Source: Adineta vaga
Lineage: Eukaryota > Animalia > Rotifera
Reading direction: 5' to 3'
NCBI GenBank assembly: GCA_021613535.1
Contig: CP075496.1
Location: 10,912,001-10,976,000, forward strand
DNA length: 64,000 nt
Below the pieces are notes generated by a model that was given only the letters and a program-made list of their open reading frames with translations, did no database searches and was not told the DNA's origin. Position numbers and translations under genes: made by a program. Numbering within the stretch: position 1 is the stretch's first letter; every line of letters starts with the position of its first letter. Shown one piece after another: positions 40,258-52,426 of this stretch.

Positions 40258-40393
40258 ATAGTCTTTTCTCTTCTATCTTATCTTCTCTTAATTATTGTTC
40301 TTTCTTTTTAATAAACTATGTGATTAGTATTTCCTTTTACAATTATATCCATCTATTTTTTAGATTTGAAAAAAAAAGAAGTTATAAACCATC

Positions 40394-41192
40394 ATGGTAT
40401 GATTTCGTGTTCTTAGCGATATTTTCACTTAATTGATTGCATAGGTTCGATGTTGGTATATGGACGATCGAAAAGAAGATCCACAGGATGAACACTTATT
40501 AGAAGAAGTTGATACGGTAACATTATGCGATCGATCGGGTGTAGAAGTTTGGTATTTTCATCCAGATCAAATTCAATCTGACAATGAATGTACATCGCTG
40601 TTGAAATTGAAGAAAGATCGAGGGTAAAAATTGTCACTTGAAAAAATGAAACTGAATGAGAAGCTCGACAATTTACGATGATTTTTTGATTCTATTATGT
40701 TTCTTTTCTACTTGAATTATATTTTATATAGATACACTTATGAAGATGAAATTAAAGTTGATCCATCCATGGAAAAATATGAAGACAAATTGAAAACTTT
40801 CTTTGCTGAACATCTTCATTCTGATGAAGAAATTCGTCTTGTACTTGAAGGTTCTGGTTTTTTCGATGTACGTGATCGAGAAGATAAATGGATGAGAATC
40901 CATGTTTTTCCCGGTGATTTAATTATTTTACCTGCTGGTAATACCAACAAAATGTCTATCTATCTATCTGTACTAAAGATATTGATTTCATTCAATAGGC
41001 ATGTATCATCGATTTATACCAGATAAACAAAATTTTATTCGCGCACGACGTCTTTTTGTTGGTGAACCTGTTTGGACTCCAATCAATCGACCTGATGGTG
41101 ATCAACATCCATCTCGTCAAGTTTACGTTGATCATCTCTATCGCAATGGCACAAATGATACCGGAAATAATGTTATTGAAGCTATTTCCTAA
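40394..41192 (+). CDS. ADI1: Acireductone dioxygenase (methionine salvage)
   Basis: ATG-only first coding exon, then VRCWYMDD..., [55 protein letters not shown]. Confidence 0.95.
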
Positions 41193-41226
41193 GCGAAATG
41201 AAAGAAGAATATGTTTCGTTTTCCTT

Positions 41227-42618
41227 TTATTTTTTTTCAACTATTTCTTTTTCTTGGCATACAACCTTTTCTGGCCTATGTTTAACATATAAAAGAATAA
41301 AAGCGAACAATAAAGAAGCTAGAATAACAACAACAAGTGAAATTAAAATAAAACCTATCGGTCCGATCAGTTTCGGACTAATACAATAACCAATTAATAA
41401 TGGAATAATCGCATCGCCAGTTGAACCACCTACTGCTATGATTGACATTCGTTTACCCGTTATAGAAACATATCGTTCTGTAAAAGCAATTGCTGATGGA
41501 TAAATAGATGCGACTGATAGACCATAGAAAATCGAACCAATCCACAACATTAATGATGATTTGTTTAAAATATATATTAATGTTAAGGAACCAATGCAAC
41601 CAATTAAATCAAAGAAAATCATTTGTAATGCAGAGAATTTCATTGATAACGGAATACCACAAAGACGACCAAATGCGAATGATGCCCAAAATAATGAATT
41701 CAAATAAGCAGCTATATCTTGAGGAAAAAGTAAATGTACACTTGCATATGTATGTAAATAAGCACCAAATGCTGATTCACCACCGACATAGAGTAAAAGA
41801 AATATCGTAATTAAACTGAGGAAGCAAAAATTTTTTGTTGACGATGGTTTGGCTTGTTTCGTTTGTTCATCACATGTAACGATATATTCAATTTGTTGAT
41901 TCAATTCATCAACTTCTTTAGTTTCCAAACTAATTTGTTCGGTTTTTCGCGAACATAATCCATCACGTATTGCATAAATGAGAATATAAATTACGTTTGG
42001 TATTTGTAAACATCCAATTAACCAATAAGCATAATGCCATTGATTAAGAGGACTTGATTGTCTTAGAAATGGTGCAATAATTAATGGTGAAAGAAAAGCA
42101 CCAACTCCAAAAGCACCATGAAGTGCTTGTAAATATGGATTAACATTGAATTTTTCATAATGACGTATTGTTAAAATTTGAGCTAAATTATCAACAATAC
42201 CGCCTGCTAAACTCCACATTAAATGTGCAATAATCATAAAAATAAGTCGATACAAATATGGAATAATTAATGTTGAAATGCACATAGTACATATAGCAAT
42301 TGTTAGAAAAGTCCGACCTAATAGTGGGAAATAATCAATCAGTGTTCCACCAATTAAAGTTCCACCTAAAAATCCAAATGAACGAGTAAATATAATGTAA
42401 ACGATTTGTTCAAATGGAGAGTTTGTCTGTTCACCAAATTTGAGTAATGTCGGTCCAATAAGAGCAGATCCTAAACCCATAGATAAGAATGAATAAAATA
42501 AAGCAATAAAATAGATAATCGATGGTTTATCATTAGAAATTTTCTTCGATTTTTGGTTATTATGCGATGATCCAGCATAACTATGAAGAGAAACAACCGA
42601 TGTTGATAACGAAATCAT
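41227..42618 (-). CDS. MFS transporter, MFSD4/NaGLT1-like, intronless
   Basis: 463 aa with about 12 hydrophobic segments; GLGSALIGPTL, PYLQALHGAFGVGAFLSPLI, LYVGGESAFG, FWASFAFGRLCGI. Confidence 0.85.
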   Translation of the reverse strand: MISLSTSVVSLHSYAGSSHNNQKSKKISNDKPSIIYFIALFYSFLSMGLGSALIGPTLLKFGEQTNSPFEQIVYIIFTRSFGFLGGTLIGGTLIDYFPLLGRTFLTIAICTMCISTLIIPYLYRLIFMIIAHLMWSLAGGIVDNLAQILTIRHYEKFNVNPYLQALHGAFGVGAFLSPLIIAPFLRQSSPLNQWHYAYWLIGCLQIPNVIYILIYAIRDGLCSRKTEQISLETKEVDELNQQIEYIVTCDEQTKQAKPSSTKNFCFLSLITIFLLLYVGGESAFGAYLHTYASVHLLFPQDIAAYLNSLFWASFAFGRLCGIPLSMKFSALQMIFFDLIGCIGSLTLIYILNKSSLMLWIGSIFYGLSVASIYPSAIAFTERYVSITGKRMSIIAVGGSTGDAIIPLLIGYCISPKLIGPIGFILISLVVVILASLLFAFILLYVKHRPEKVVCQEKEIVEKK

Positions 42619-43020
42619 ACTTTTGTTGACGACTCTTTTTCTTTGTTCAGCTCTTTTCTTTTTTTTCTTTTCTTTTCCTTTCTTATCAGTGGTTAAAAAT
42701 ATTTAAATAACACGGCTGTATGAAGTAATCATCAAAATACACGTGTTATGATTTCTTATTGTTAAGCTGAAGGTTTTTCTTTGTTTATCGGATTGTTATA
42801 TGTATAATTGTGACATTACAAGACAGAATATCAATCACGAAGAAAAAATCAATATGATATCTATGAATTATTCAGATAAAGTTATAAATGTGGATTCTAT
42901 TATGAAACAAAACTGATATATTGATGAGAAAATTCATTCCGCATGACTAGTTGTCATGAAAATAAAAAATAAACGAACACAATTTGTCTAACAGAAAAAT
43001 AAATAGATTATCTGACTTGT

Positions 43021-44487
43021 TTAAGATGAACATGAAATAATCAGTTTTTTTGCCCATTTAGGAGATATTTTTGCATAATCATTCATTTCGTCTTGTTCAT
43101 CAAATGGTCGTCGAAGTAAATGAAGTAATCGATCAATTTCATTATAATCACCTTCTTGTGCTTTTTCGATTGCTACTTGTGCCATATAATTTCGTAAAAT
43201 ATACTTTGGATTAACACGATTCATTCGTTCACGACGTATTTTCTTTGCATAACTACCTTCTAAAGTTAATCTTCGTTGATAAATAGAAAACCATTGTTCT
43301 TTCTTGATAACATCTGGAACAATTTCATCTGCAAGTTGTCTCCAAAATCGTGTATAATCAAGATGATATAAATCTAATAAACGTAGAATTTCTTGATAAA
43401 TCCATTGATCTGATTGAAGATAAAATGTTAAACCTAATTTTTGACGCATTAAATTATCATATGTACGATTAAATAATAACCAAAATTCATATTGTTCATC
43501 AATATATTTATTTGAATCGATTAGTGTACTAAATGCTAAACGTAATTTTCCAAGATTCCAAGCAGCTATAATTGGTTGTCGATCAAATGCATATCGACCT
43601 TCATCATCTGAATGATTGGGTACATAACCTTGAATTTTGTCTTCAACAAATCCAAATGGGCCATAATCAATAGTGGATCCTAAAACATTCATATTGTCTG
43701 TATTTAATACACCATGTGTAAAACCAAATGCTTGCCAATGAGCAACAAGTTTTCCTGTTCGACGAGCAATATCAATTAGTAACAAATTGTAACGATCTTT
43801 TGTTACTTCTTGTTTAGAATACATATTATTAATAACAAAATCAGCTAACTGTCGAACTTGTTCATATTGATGATGTGTTGAAAAGACTTCAAATGTGCCT
43901 ATGCGTACAAATGCAACAATGGGTGCAACGCGTACAACAATAGCAGCAGTTTCAATTGTTTCACGATAAACTGGCAAAAGCGTGGAACTAACAAGACTTA
44001 ATGCACGCGTTGTTTCAATTCCCAAATGAAACATGGCTTCGGAGACAAGATATTCTCGTATTGATGAACGTAAGACTGCACGTCCATCACCACCACGAGA
44101 ATATTGTGTTGGTCCAGTACCTTTTGCATGAAATGCCCATTGATTTATTTGACCTAGAAGTGTCGCTCTTCCATCACCTAATTGTGAAGTAAAATAACCA
44201 AACTGATGTCCAGCATAATTCATTGCTATTGATTGTGAACCAGACAAAAGTTTATTTCCACATAAGAATTCCGCCATTTCCTGTCGATCGATCATTGTTA
44301 TCGAAAGTGTATCCATTAATTCTTCATTGATATTAATTAAATATGGTTCAGAAATTGATTTTGGTTGTACAAATGAATAAAAATATTTTGATGATAATTG
44401 TTCAATATATGTATTATTATTAAAATGTAAAAATGTATCAACATTAAATAGAAATAGAAATAAATAAACTAATATTTGTAGGATCAT
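43021..44487 (-). CDS. selO: Protein adenylyltransferase SelO/YdiU family (Cys form), intronless, N-terminal hydrophobic leader
   Basis: YAGHQFG, QLGDGRA, KGTGPTQYSRGGDGRAVLRSSIREYLVSEAM, GFTHGVLNTDNM, IDYGPFGF, NPKYILRNY; C-terminus ISCSS. Confidence 0.95.
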   Translation of the reverse strand: MILQILVYLFLFLFNVDTFLHFNNNTYIEQLSSKYFYSFVQPKSISEPYLININEELMDTLSITMIDRQEMAEFLCGNKLLSGSQSIAMNYAGHQFGYFTSQLGDGRATLLGQINQWAFHAKGTGPTQYSRGGDGRAVLRSSIREYLVSEAMFHLGIETTRALSLVSSTLLPVYRETIETAAIVVRVAPIVAFVRIGTFEVFSTHHQYEQVRQLADFVINNMYSKQEVTKDRYNLLLIDIARRTGKLVAHWQAFGFTHGVLNTDNMNVLGSTIDYGPFGFVEDKIQGYVPNHSDDEGRYAFDRQPIIAAWNLGKLRLAFSTLIDSNKYIDEQYEFWLLFNRTYDNLMRQKLGLTFYLQSDQWIYQEILRLLDLYHLDYTRFWRQLADEIVPDVIKKEQWFSIYQRRLTLEGSYAKKIRRERMNRVNPKYILRNYMAQVAIEKAQEGDYNEIDRLLHLLRRPFDEQDEMNDYAKISPKWAKKLIISCSS

Positions 44488-45307
44488 AATTGATCTGAAA
44501 TATGGTAAAATATTCTTCTTTATTCGATTGAAAAATCAATTTTTTAATGAATCGTTCAATCGATATTCATAACCAGAATATTTCTATCAGCAATGTCTGA
44601 TCGACAAACAGTTCATGCAAAAGTTTTTTATACAAAAAAGGCAATTAATAGTAAAATAATTCAAACTAGTCACATCGAAAATAGACGACGATACATATAT
44701 CATGACCGATATATGAAGTAAGACCTATGTGAAAAAATCGAATTGCTTGAGATAGACATTGATCAAGATTGTTGTATTGAAAGGTTTCTTTTTCTCTTAT
44801 TACAAGCAATGAAGGTATGAGTCATGTACTAGACACATGGATATAACAAACAAGAATGAATATGTACGATATTTTAATACATCAAACGTGACCGATCAAA
44901 GTACATATAATAATTGTCAAAAATCAGGTAGGTTAGATATTTTTCTTTCTTAAAATAAGATTTATAATTCTATTCGCAAGGATAGTTTCTAGATCAGAAC
45001 TGTTGTGTCTTGTATGATTTATCAACGAATCAACAAAGATAATCAACTTCTAACAATCAATGTCATTAGTGTAGTCGAGACAAAGAAGAAGAAAATAACT
45101 ACATATACAACTATATAGCACCGAGCGTGGACGAGCAAACGTGCCGTCACCGAAACTTGAATTCGTCGGCTACCGTCGCCATTCTTTATTTCTTCTCTTC
45201 GCTTTCTTCTTCACGTTGCAAATAATATACATATATATAAATATACGTATTGTATTCGCACGCCTATCCTTGTACTCTTCCGTGCATGATATATGTGACA
45301 ATTTCAA

Positions 45308-46391
45308 ATGTCTCAATTAACAAATGGTAACACAACAAATAAAATTAATCGAATACAAAATGATGAAAAAGAATTATTATTTCAATTACGGAAAATTTAT
45401 GGTTCGTTTTTTTTGCACTATTGAACCTTTTACGAAATCTATTTCTTTCATTTCAGCTAGTGATTATAAAAAATATAGCGAACATATTAGACACGAACCG
45501 GATATACCATTATCAATAAGAAAAATTTATAAATTATTAGATGATCGTAAAGCTTACCGAAGAATTTCTGATTATTTTCATCGAATACGGTAAGACTATA
45601 TTCATTTGTATGAAGTTCAAAAGAAAAAAACTTTGAAAACGTTTAGTCGATCAAATAAAGCACAAAGTTCACGAACTCATGATCATGATAAAACGTATCG
45701 TATATCAACTCGTCGTATTTCTTCTGAACCTGAATCAGTATCAACTATGCAAATTGTTAATGATATGGACGACGACGATGATGACGATCAAAATCTTCAT
45801 CAACAATCGGATAATTCAACAACATTAAATGATAGTGATGAAAGATTTGAAACCAATCGTATGGGAGAAGATGATTTACAACCAGTTCAACCATCATCAT
45901 CAATTAGTCCAAAACATCAGCAGTATCAACAATCATCGATAAGTTCGACACCTAGTTTATTAATAGTTCGAGAAAGTCTTCACAAAGGTAAACATCTATT
46001 TCGATTGAATAAATAAAAATAGAACTTATTGATTTCAATTTTAGCTTTACGAGAACTTGATCGTGCAATTGTATCGAAAACTGACAATATGATGGAAGAT
46101 TACGATCATAGGCAAGAACAACAACAACAACGATCTTCAATTAATAAAATTGATTTATTAACAACTGGTCATTCGAATTTAGATGATATGGTTCGATCCT
46201 TATCGAATGTTGTAACTGAACAAGAAGCAAATGCTCGTTTAATTATTGAAGAATCTTCGGCATTATTACTCGATGAAAATGCTCAAATAGAAAAACAATC
46301 TATCCGACATGTTATTGAACGTTTGAATGGTCTCGTTGATCGAGGTCATTCGATTTATGATCGAATAGAAAGTATTTTGTCAGAATTTTGA
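45308..46391 (+). CDS. Uncharacterised protein, 4 exons, acidic low-complexity middle
   Basis: MSQLTNG... joins ORFs 45324, 45606 and 46029 through short GT-AG introns; coding-like composition. Confidence 0.65.
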
Positions 46392-46711
46392 TATTTTTTT
46401 ACTTCATATTTCTGATCTAATCAAAATAAAATTATCTGTAAATTTAAATCATTTTCCAAAATAAACAGTAAAAAACAAGTTCAATGAAAACTTCTATGTT
46501 AAGAAACGAAGAAAAAAGAAAGAAATTAAACATAGTATTTGACGAAGATAATGACTAGCAGATGCCTTCAAACAATGTCTAATTCAATCTTTTCTTTCTT
46601 TTTGTTAACATAGAATTTCGTTTATTGCAAACAAAAATCATAACAATGATATTTCTTGAAAAGATCAGATTATTGCATGACTATCTTTGACTTTCGAATA
46701 TTTGTTTTTTC

Positions 46712-48013
46712 TTAGATATAAAGTTTTATCAATTCATCACTAACTGCCGATGGTGTTAATGTTCCAATATCTGTAAATAATAATGTAATGTAAGCTGGTG
46801 GTGTATAATCAACGAGTGGATGTTCCATTTCAAGATTTTGTTCACTTGAACGTGCAATTGTTGATGCTTTATATTTGAAATGATCAGGTAAATCACGATT
46901 ATTCAATGGATAATATCGAACGAATTTGAATGATTCAGATGCAACATAAAATGGTTTATTCATTTCATGTGCTGCAATAGCCATATTAAATGTACCAATT
47001 TTATTTATCACTCCACCACTTTCAACAACAGCTTCGGCACCAATTAGAACAAATGTTACTTTTTCCATGACATAGGCAACACTTGCATCTAATACACAAA
47101 TTGATGGTATTCCAATAGCTTCTAATTCATCTCGCATTTTCAAACCACTTTTATCCGGTTCAGATTCTGTAACAAATACTTGAAAACGTGCAAATTTTGA
47201 TGCATATGCTAATAGAGTAAGAACAACACGTGAATAGGAATGTGTTAATATAATACTTCCATCAACAATAAATTCTTGACTATATTCAGCAATACGTTGT
47301 CGAGATGATAATGTTCGTTCGAGAAAAACTTGACCACGTTCAATTAACTTCTGACGACATTCATCAATTGCAAAAGTATCAAATTTTGCTAATGTTATAA
47401 AACGTAAGAATAGTTCACAACCGGATTTAACACTTGGCATTGATGAATCAGTTTCAGTAGTTAATAATTGTACTGCTGATTTTAATTCATGTGATAATTC
47501 ACTCATCGTACCAGCAGACGAACGATTGATCACATCAAGTAACGTACGAATAGCTGTGATAGCAACGGATGTACTAGAAAAGGAAAATAATAATTATCAC
47601 CTCATTTTATCATTATACTTGAATAATTCATTTCAATTCAAAAAGAAAACTATTTCCGTTGACACATGCTAAAACTTCTATGGTGCCTATACAAATATTT
47701 ATTACCCTTCCACGATAGGATTTCATTTATAGATTTTTTTAAACTCCGATCTGACTTATATATAGTTGGAGTACATCGTATCATAGGTAAATAAATCATT
47801 GAAGTACTTCACTAATATTAATGCACTTATCAATAAAATAAATCTAGATATCTTACGATACTTATCTCTTTTGATAGAAAGGATTTCTTTTTTTCTTTTT
47901 AAATATTCTTACTCTGGTTCTTGCTGTCGAATACCGGTAAAGTATTGCAAAGTTGGATCATTAGTAATATTATCTTGTGTATTCATTAGTTTTATTGTCT
48001 GATCGTTTGTCAT
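46712..48013 (-). CDS. EIF2B1: Translation initiation factor eIF2B subunit alpha
   Basis: Exon 48013-47913 plus exon 47573-46712; SVKSGCELFLRFITL, ILTHSYSRVV, GAEAVVESGGVINKIGT, HPLVDYTPPAYITLLFTDIGTLTPSAVSDELIKLY. Confidence 0.95.
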
Positions 48014-48416
48014 CTAGAAATAGAAGTAGAAAATTGGAGAAAAGATGATATTTTTGTAATACGTCAATATTATTCCAAGGTGAACTGAACAGCATTTAAT
48101 AAGAAAGCAAAACTGTTTTTCTTTGTCAAATACTTTTTCTTCATTTTTTTCTTCTTTTTATTATTCTTGTTCGTCGTGCAAAATTAAAAAGTGAATCCTA
48201 CACACAATGTTCGATAAGCGAAAAGGTAAAAGAAAGAAAGATATGCAGCAAAAAAGATTGATGAAGTATTGTTTTTTTTTGTTAATGATTGCTTACCTAT
48301 TTCAGACGACAGCAGATTGACAGTTGTTGCCAATTCAGACAACATAACTACGACTACGAGTTTATAGCAATTCGTTTTGTTTCTTTTTTTTCTTGCTTCA
48401 AAACGCAATCAATTAA

Positions 48417-51060
48417 ATGACAAAAATTACCATTATTACACAGAATTTTTCATCCCCCAATGATGTTAGTGAGACTCCACTCATGCTTTTACCACAGGCA
48501 CCACCATCATCGACAGCTGTATCGGATAAAGATCAAGATGGTTTTAATCAATTAATAATACAAGATCGACATCGCCAACGACAATCTTATGTACAAAGTT
48601 ATACAGCATTTGAGACATTAAGAAAACGACAAGATTTTGTTTTACGACAAGAAAATCTTCGTTCATTACAAAAATTTATTGAACGTATGGCAACAAAACA
48701 AGATCAATTTACGGATCAATCATTCTATTCTTATAAGCAATGTTTTGGAAAATTTATTAATGTTAGACCATCAACACATCGAAATCTTGTTGAACAATCA
48801 CAACGACCAAAAACAGCTGGTCCAACTTATCATCGAAATTCAACTCGTCAAGTATTACATATTCCAGCAACTCCATTTGAACCACCACCATTAGCACCGT
48901 TTCATCGTTATCAAAAAAGTCATCGACCATCATCATCAACAAGATATCGAAGTAATGCTAGTAGTTTACGTACACCAAAATCACGTCAAGATCCATTTCG
49001 AACAACAAGTTTTATTAGTCATAGTCAACCATTTATTTCATTTTCCGAAAGTTATCTTCAAAGAAACATTAATGGATCAACGACAAAATCTCAAGTTCTG
49101 AGATATAATAGTGGTTTAGATAGGTCAACAAATAAATTTGAAATGCCATCAAATTACAAGAGTGATTCATCAAAGAATAGAAGTACAATAACAAGAAATC
49201 AAAATGGTACTCGTTCTCCAATTAAATTTCAAACAACTATTGATATCGATGAAGATGACGATAATATTCCAATGATAAATGATAATAATGATCAATTAGT
49301 AAATCAATATCCACAGGAAACAGATCAAGTGGATGATTTTCTACAAAGAGATTCTCCAGTAACAAGATTTCTTGATGATGATGATGAGGATGATGACGAC
49401 AAAAATAAAGAAGATAAAGTAACTATTGAAGCTCCTATAGTAACACAAACAACTGATCGTCGACCGTCCACCACACCAACAACATTAAAAACTGATCATG
49501 TAACAAAGTACAATCGACCTGTAACAACTGAATCGAAATATCCAACTAATCCAAATATCAACCTTGTCGATGATTTAAAAACATCCATGTCACCAAACAA
49601 TCGATCCGCTGTCGCATCACGTTTAACGAACACACCAGCATCAACTCCAGAGATGACTTATAAAGCTGCATTACAAGATGGTCTAGTTAAAGATAAAAGT
49701 AATCAACGAATTTTTTACTCAAGTCTTAATGATATTCTTTTATTTTTCTGTACATTTTCATAGTATCTGAACCGAATATGACCATACAAAAACCTGAAGT
49801 CAGAGAAGAACGTCGTTTATCTCAACAATCGAATACTTTGACAAATGATAGTCGAAATAAAACAACGACACAAAAACGGTCTAAACCAGTAAAGAAAAAA
49901 CATACCATTGTTGTTGCTGTACCTGTAGCAAATACTGAATTGATAACAACACCAACCGGTAATGATGAGCCAGATTCAATTGAAAATGCTATGACTGTAC
50001 AAAACTATGCCAGTAATAATACTACTGAAGAAAACGTACAACCAAAACTTAAACGTCGTCGAGTACCAACAACACCTAATACACAAGCGAAAAAACCATC
50101 GTCAGCGGGACGTAGTTCATCAGCTAATTCGAAAACTGAGAATGTTAAAAAAAAAGATGAAATTTCTACGCAAATGAAAACAATAGTAGCAAATGAACAA
50201 GTACCATCAATTGTTTCGAATAAAGTGGAAACTATCGTTCCAATCGTTGAAATTATACCAAAAGAGAATCAACAAACTCAGCCAGTTGAAGAAACCGTCA
50301 AACGTACAAAGAAAGATGCATTTGAAACACCTGGAACAGTTGTTACGATGACCAATGCAGAATTAAAAGCGTTGGGTAGTCACCGTAGTGTTACGAAAAA
50401 GACAAGGTTTAATTTAGGTAAAGAAGAAACTAGACGTAAATCTGAAAAACTAACAACATATGAACCAGAAACATTGGAATTAATAGAAAAAATTCGACAT
50501 AGCGAAGTTGGAAATGAAATCGGTAGAATATCTATATCAAAACAAGTATGCCTTAATCTCTAATAAAACAAATACTTAGATTTGTCTCTTTTCTCTCCTA
50601 GGGTTGCCGGTTTGAATTACCATCTGATTTAAGAAAACTCGAAGATTTAACTCCATTAGAATATATCGGTCATTATTGTCGTTTCTCATCTCATCGAAAA
50701 TATCAATTTAAACGTATTTTTGATAAATATCGTAATAGTAAATACGGTTTGGATATTAGTAATCTCTACTCAGCAATTACGGATATTCATCCAGATAGTT
50801 TTACACGTTCACAATACGATGAATTATGTCGATTGATTTGTATTAACGACCAAACATATCAATTTTCGTTCGAAACATTTTCAGGCATATTAGCCGTATG
50901 TGAACGTCTTGTATATGATGCGTTAAATTCTTCGAGTGATCCCGAAGATTATGAACTAGCAAAAGATCCATTAGAAAAATGTGATTTCGATTCATTAGAT
51001 CGTAAATTTGATGGATGTAATATTAGTAACGAGATGAGAAAATTATTAAAAACACTCTAA
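48417..51060 (+). CDS. Uncharacterised protein, long S/T/K-rich disordered region with a compact C-terminal domain
   Basis: ORFs 48417, 49778 and 50749 separated by ~60-80 nt introns; C-terminal globular-looking part RFELPSDLRKLEDLTPLEYIGHYC...FSFETFSGILAVCERL...LEKCDF. Confidence 0.7.
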
Positions 51061-51622
51061 TAGATTTCTTTTTCCTGTGAATTTTACATTTTAATGTTTT
51101 CAAAAGTTGTTTGTTTAATTTTAAACGCATTAAAACTAAACAAACTTGTACGAAAATAATCTCAGGTGTCGATCATTTATGATGAACTAAGATATAATCT
51201 AGAAGAGATAATTTTGTTATATAGATATCAGTGTAATTTACAATTATTCTTTTATAGATTCAATATAAATATTAGATTGATACATAAAAATGTTCGAGGG
51301 TAATTCTTTATTTACAACAGTCATAAATAGACACACTTATCTATCATAAATATAATCGTTTTGATGAATAAAATCGAAGTTTACTTTGCTTTTCAAATAG
51401 TTTAATCGAAGAGTTGTAGAACATTAAAATATAGTCGAAAATGACCTTAGAACAATAATGCTACAATTAAATCCTTGAAAGAAATGTCCTTGATGAAAAT
51501 GTACTCTAAGATATATAATCTTCAGTAAAAGTATTTCGCACATTCACTTTCATCTTATCGTATGTTGCAGAGAAAAACGATTCAATAGGAATTAAATCTT
51601 GAGATTAAAGTTAAGATATGAA

Positions 51623-51626
<4 letters not shown>

Positions 51627-51659
<33 letters not shown>
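51627..51659. repeat. (CT)n microsatellite
   Basis: About 16 TC units in the intergenic region. Confidence 0.9.
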
Positions 51660-51661
<2 letters not shown>

Positions 51662-52426
51662 GCGAATGAAAGTTACATAAACTTTCGGTGATCATAACAA
51701 ATCAAAGATCATCAAATATGTTTAACATAGTATACGCTAGTCGAAAGGTAAAGACATTACATAACACGATTGTGTAAACTAGCATACAATATATATGGTA
51801 ATGAACAGAGAGTACATTAATGTTTTGTCAATGAGTCGTAATGCTGTTTTTGATTCTATAAATATCCCTAAGAACTATCAACGAAGCCATGCAAATCTCA
51901 TTCGTTTGTATAAGAAAAATTACCGAAAAACGATCTAACGCAAGTAAATATCAATGCAAATTAACTTAAAGTGTTTCAAAATCAAAAAAGAAAAGAAACA
52001 AAGACATTAAAATAAGGATTCACTGTTCTTTATTTTTGCACCATCATAAAAAACAACGACAAATCGCGCGCACGTATATATGTTGAGTGTATGTATGTGT
52101 ATGACATGTGACGAAGAGTAAGAACAAAAACAAGAAGAGTTCGAATCATATGAAAAGCAAAAAAAACAAACAAGCATTAAATGAATGTACATACAAGCAT
52201 ATAATAAGTAATGAATGAAAATAGTACGAATACAAAGGATAACTACTTTATAGTTTTGTTGCTTTAATCAATTTGCATAGTAGAAAAGTATCATCGTTAT
52301 TACGAAAGAAAACAAACAAGAGAAAGATTTTCGAGGTATTGAAAAGAGAAAAAGAAAACAGAATGAATAACGATTAGATTGTATGGAATGATTCGATGAG
52401 TAAAGGAAAAGAAAAAGCAATTTTGA

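Noticed and set aside
43021-43035. SelO as a true selenoprotein
   Set aside because: The C-terminal motif uses TGT (Cys) and ends at TAA; there is no in-frame TGA.
46712-48013. Possible MtnA (methylthioribose-1-P isomerase) forming a methionine-salvage cluster with ADI1
   Set aside because: The motifs (SGCELFLRFITL, ILTHSYSRVV, TPSAVSDELIKLY) are diagnostic of eIF2B-alpha, not MtnA (which has RGAPAI and THCN).
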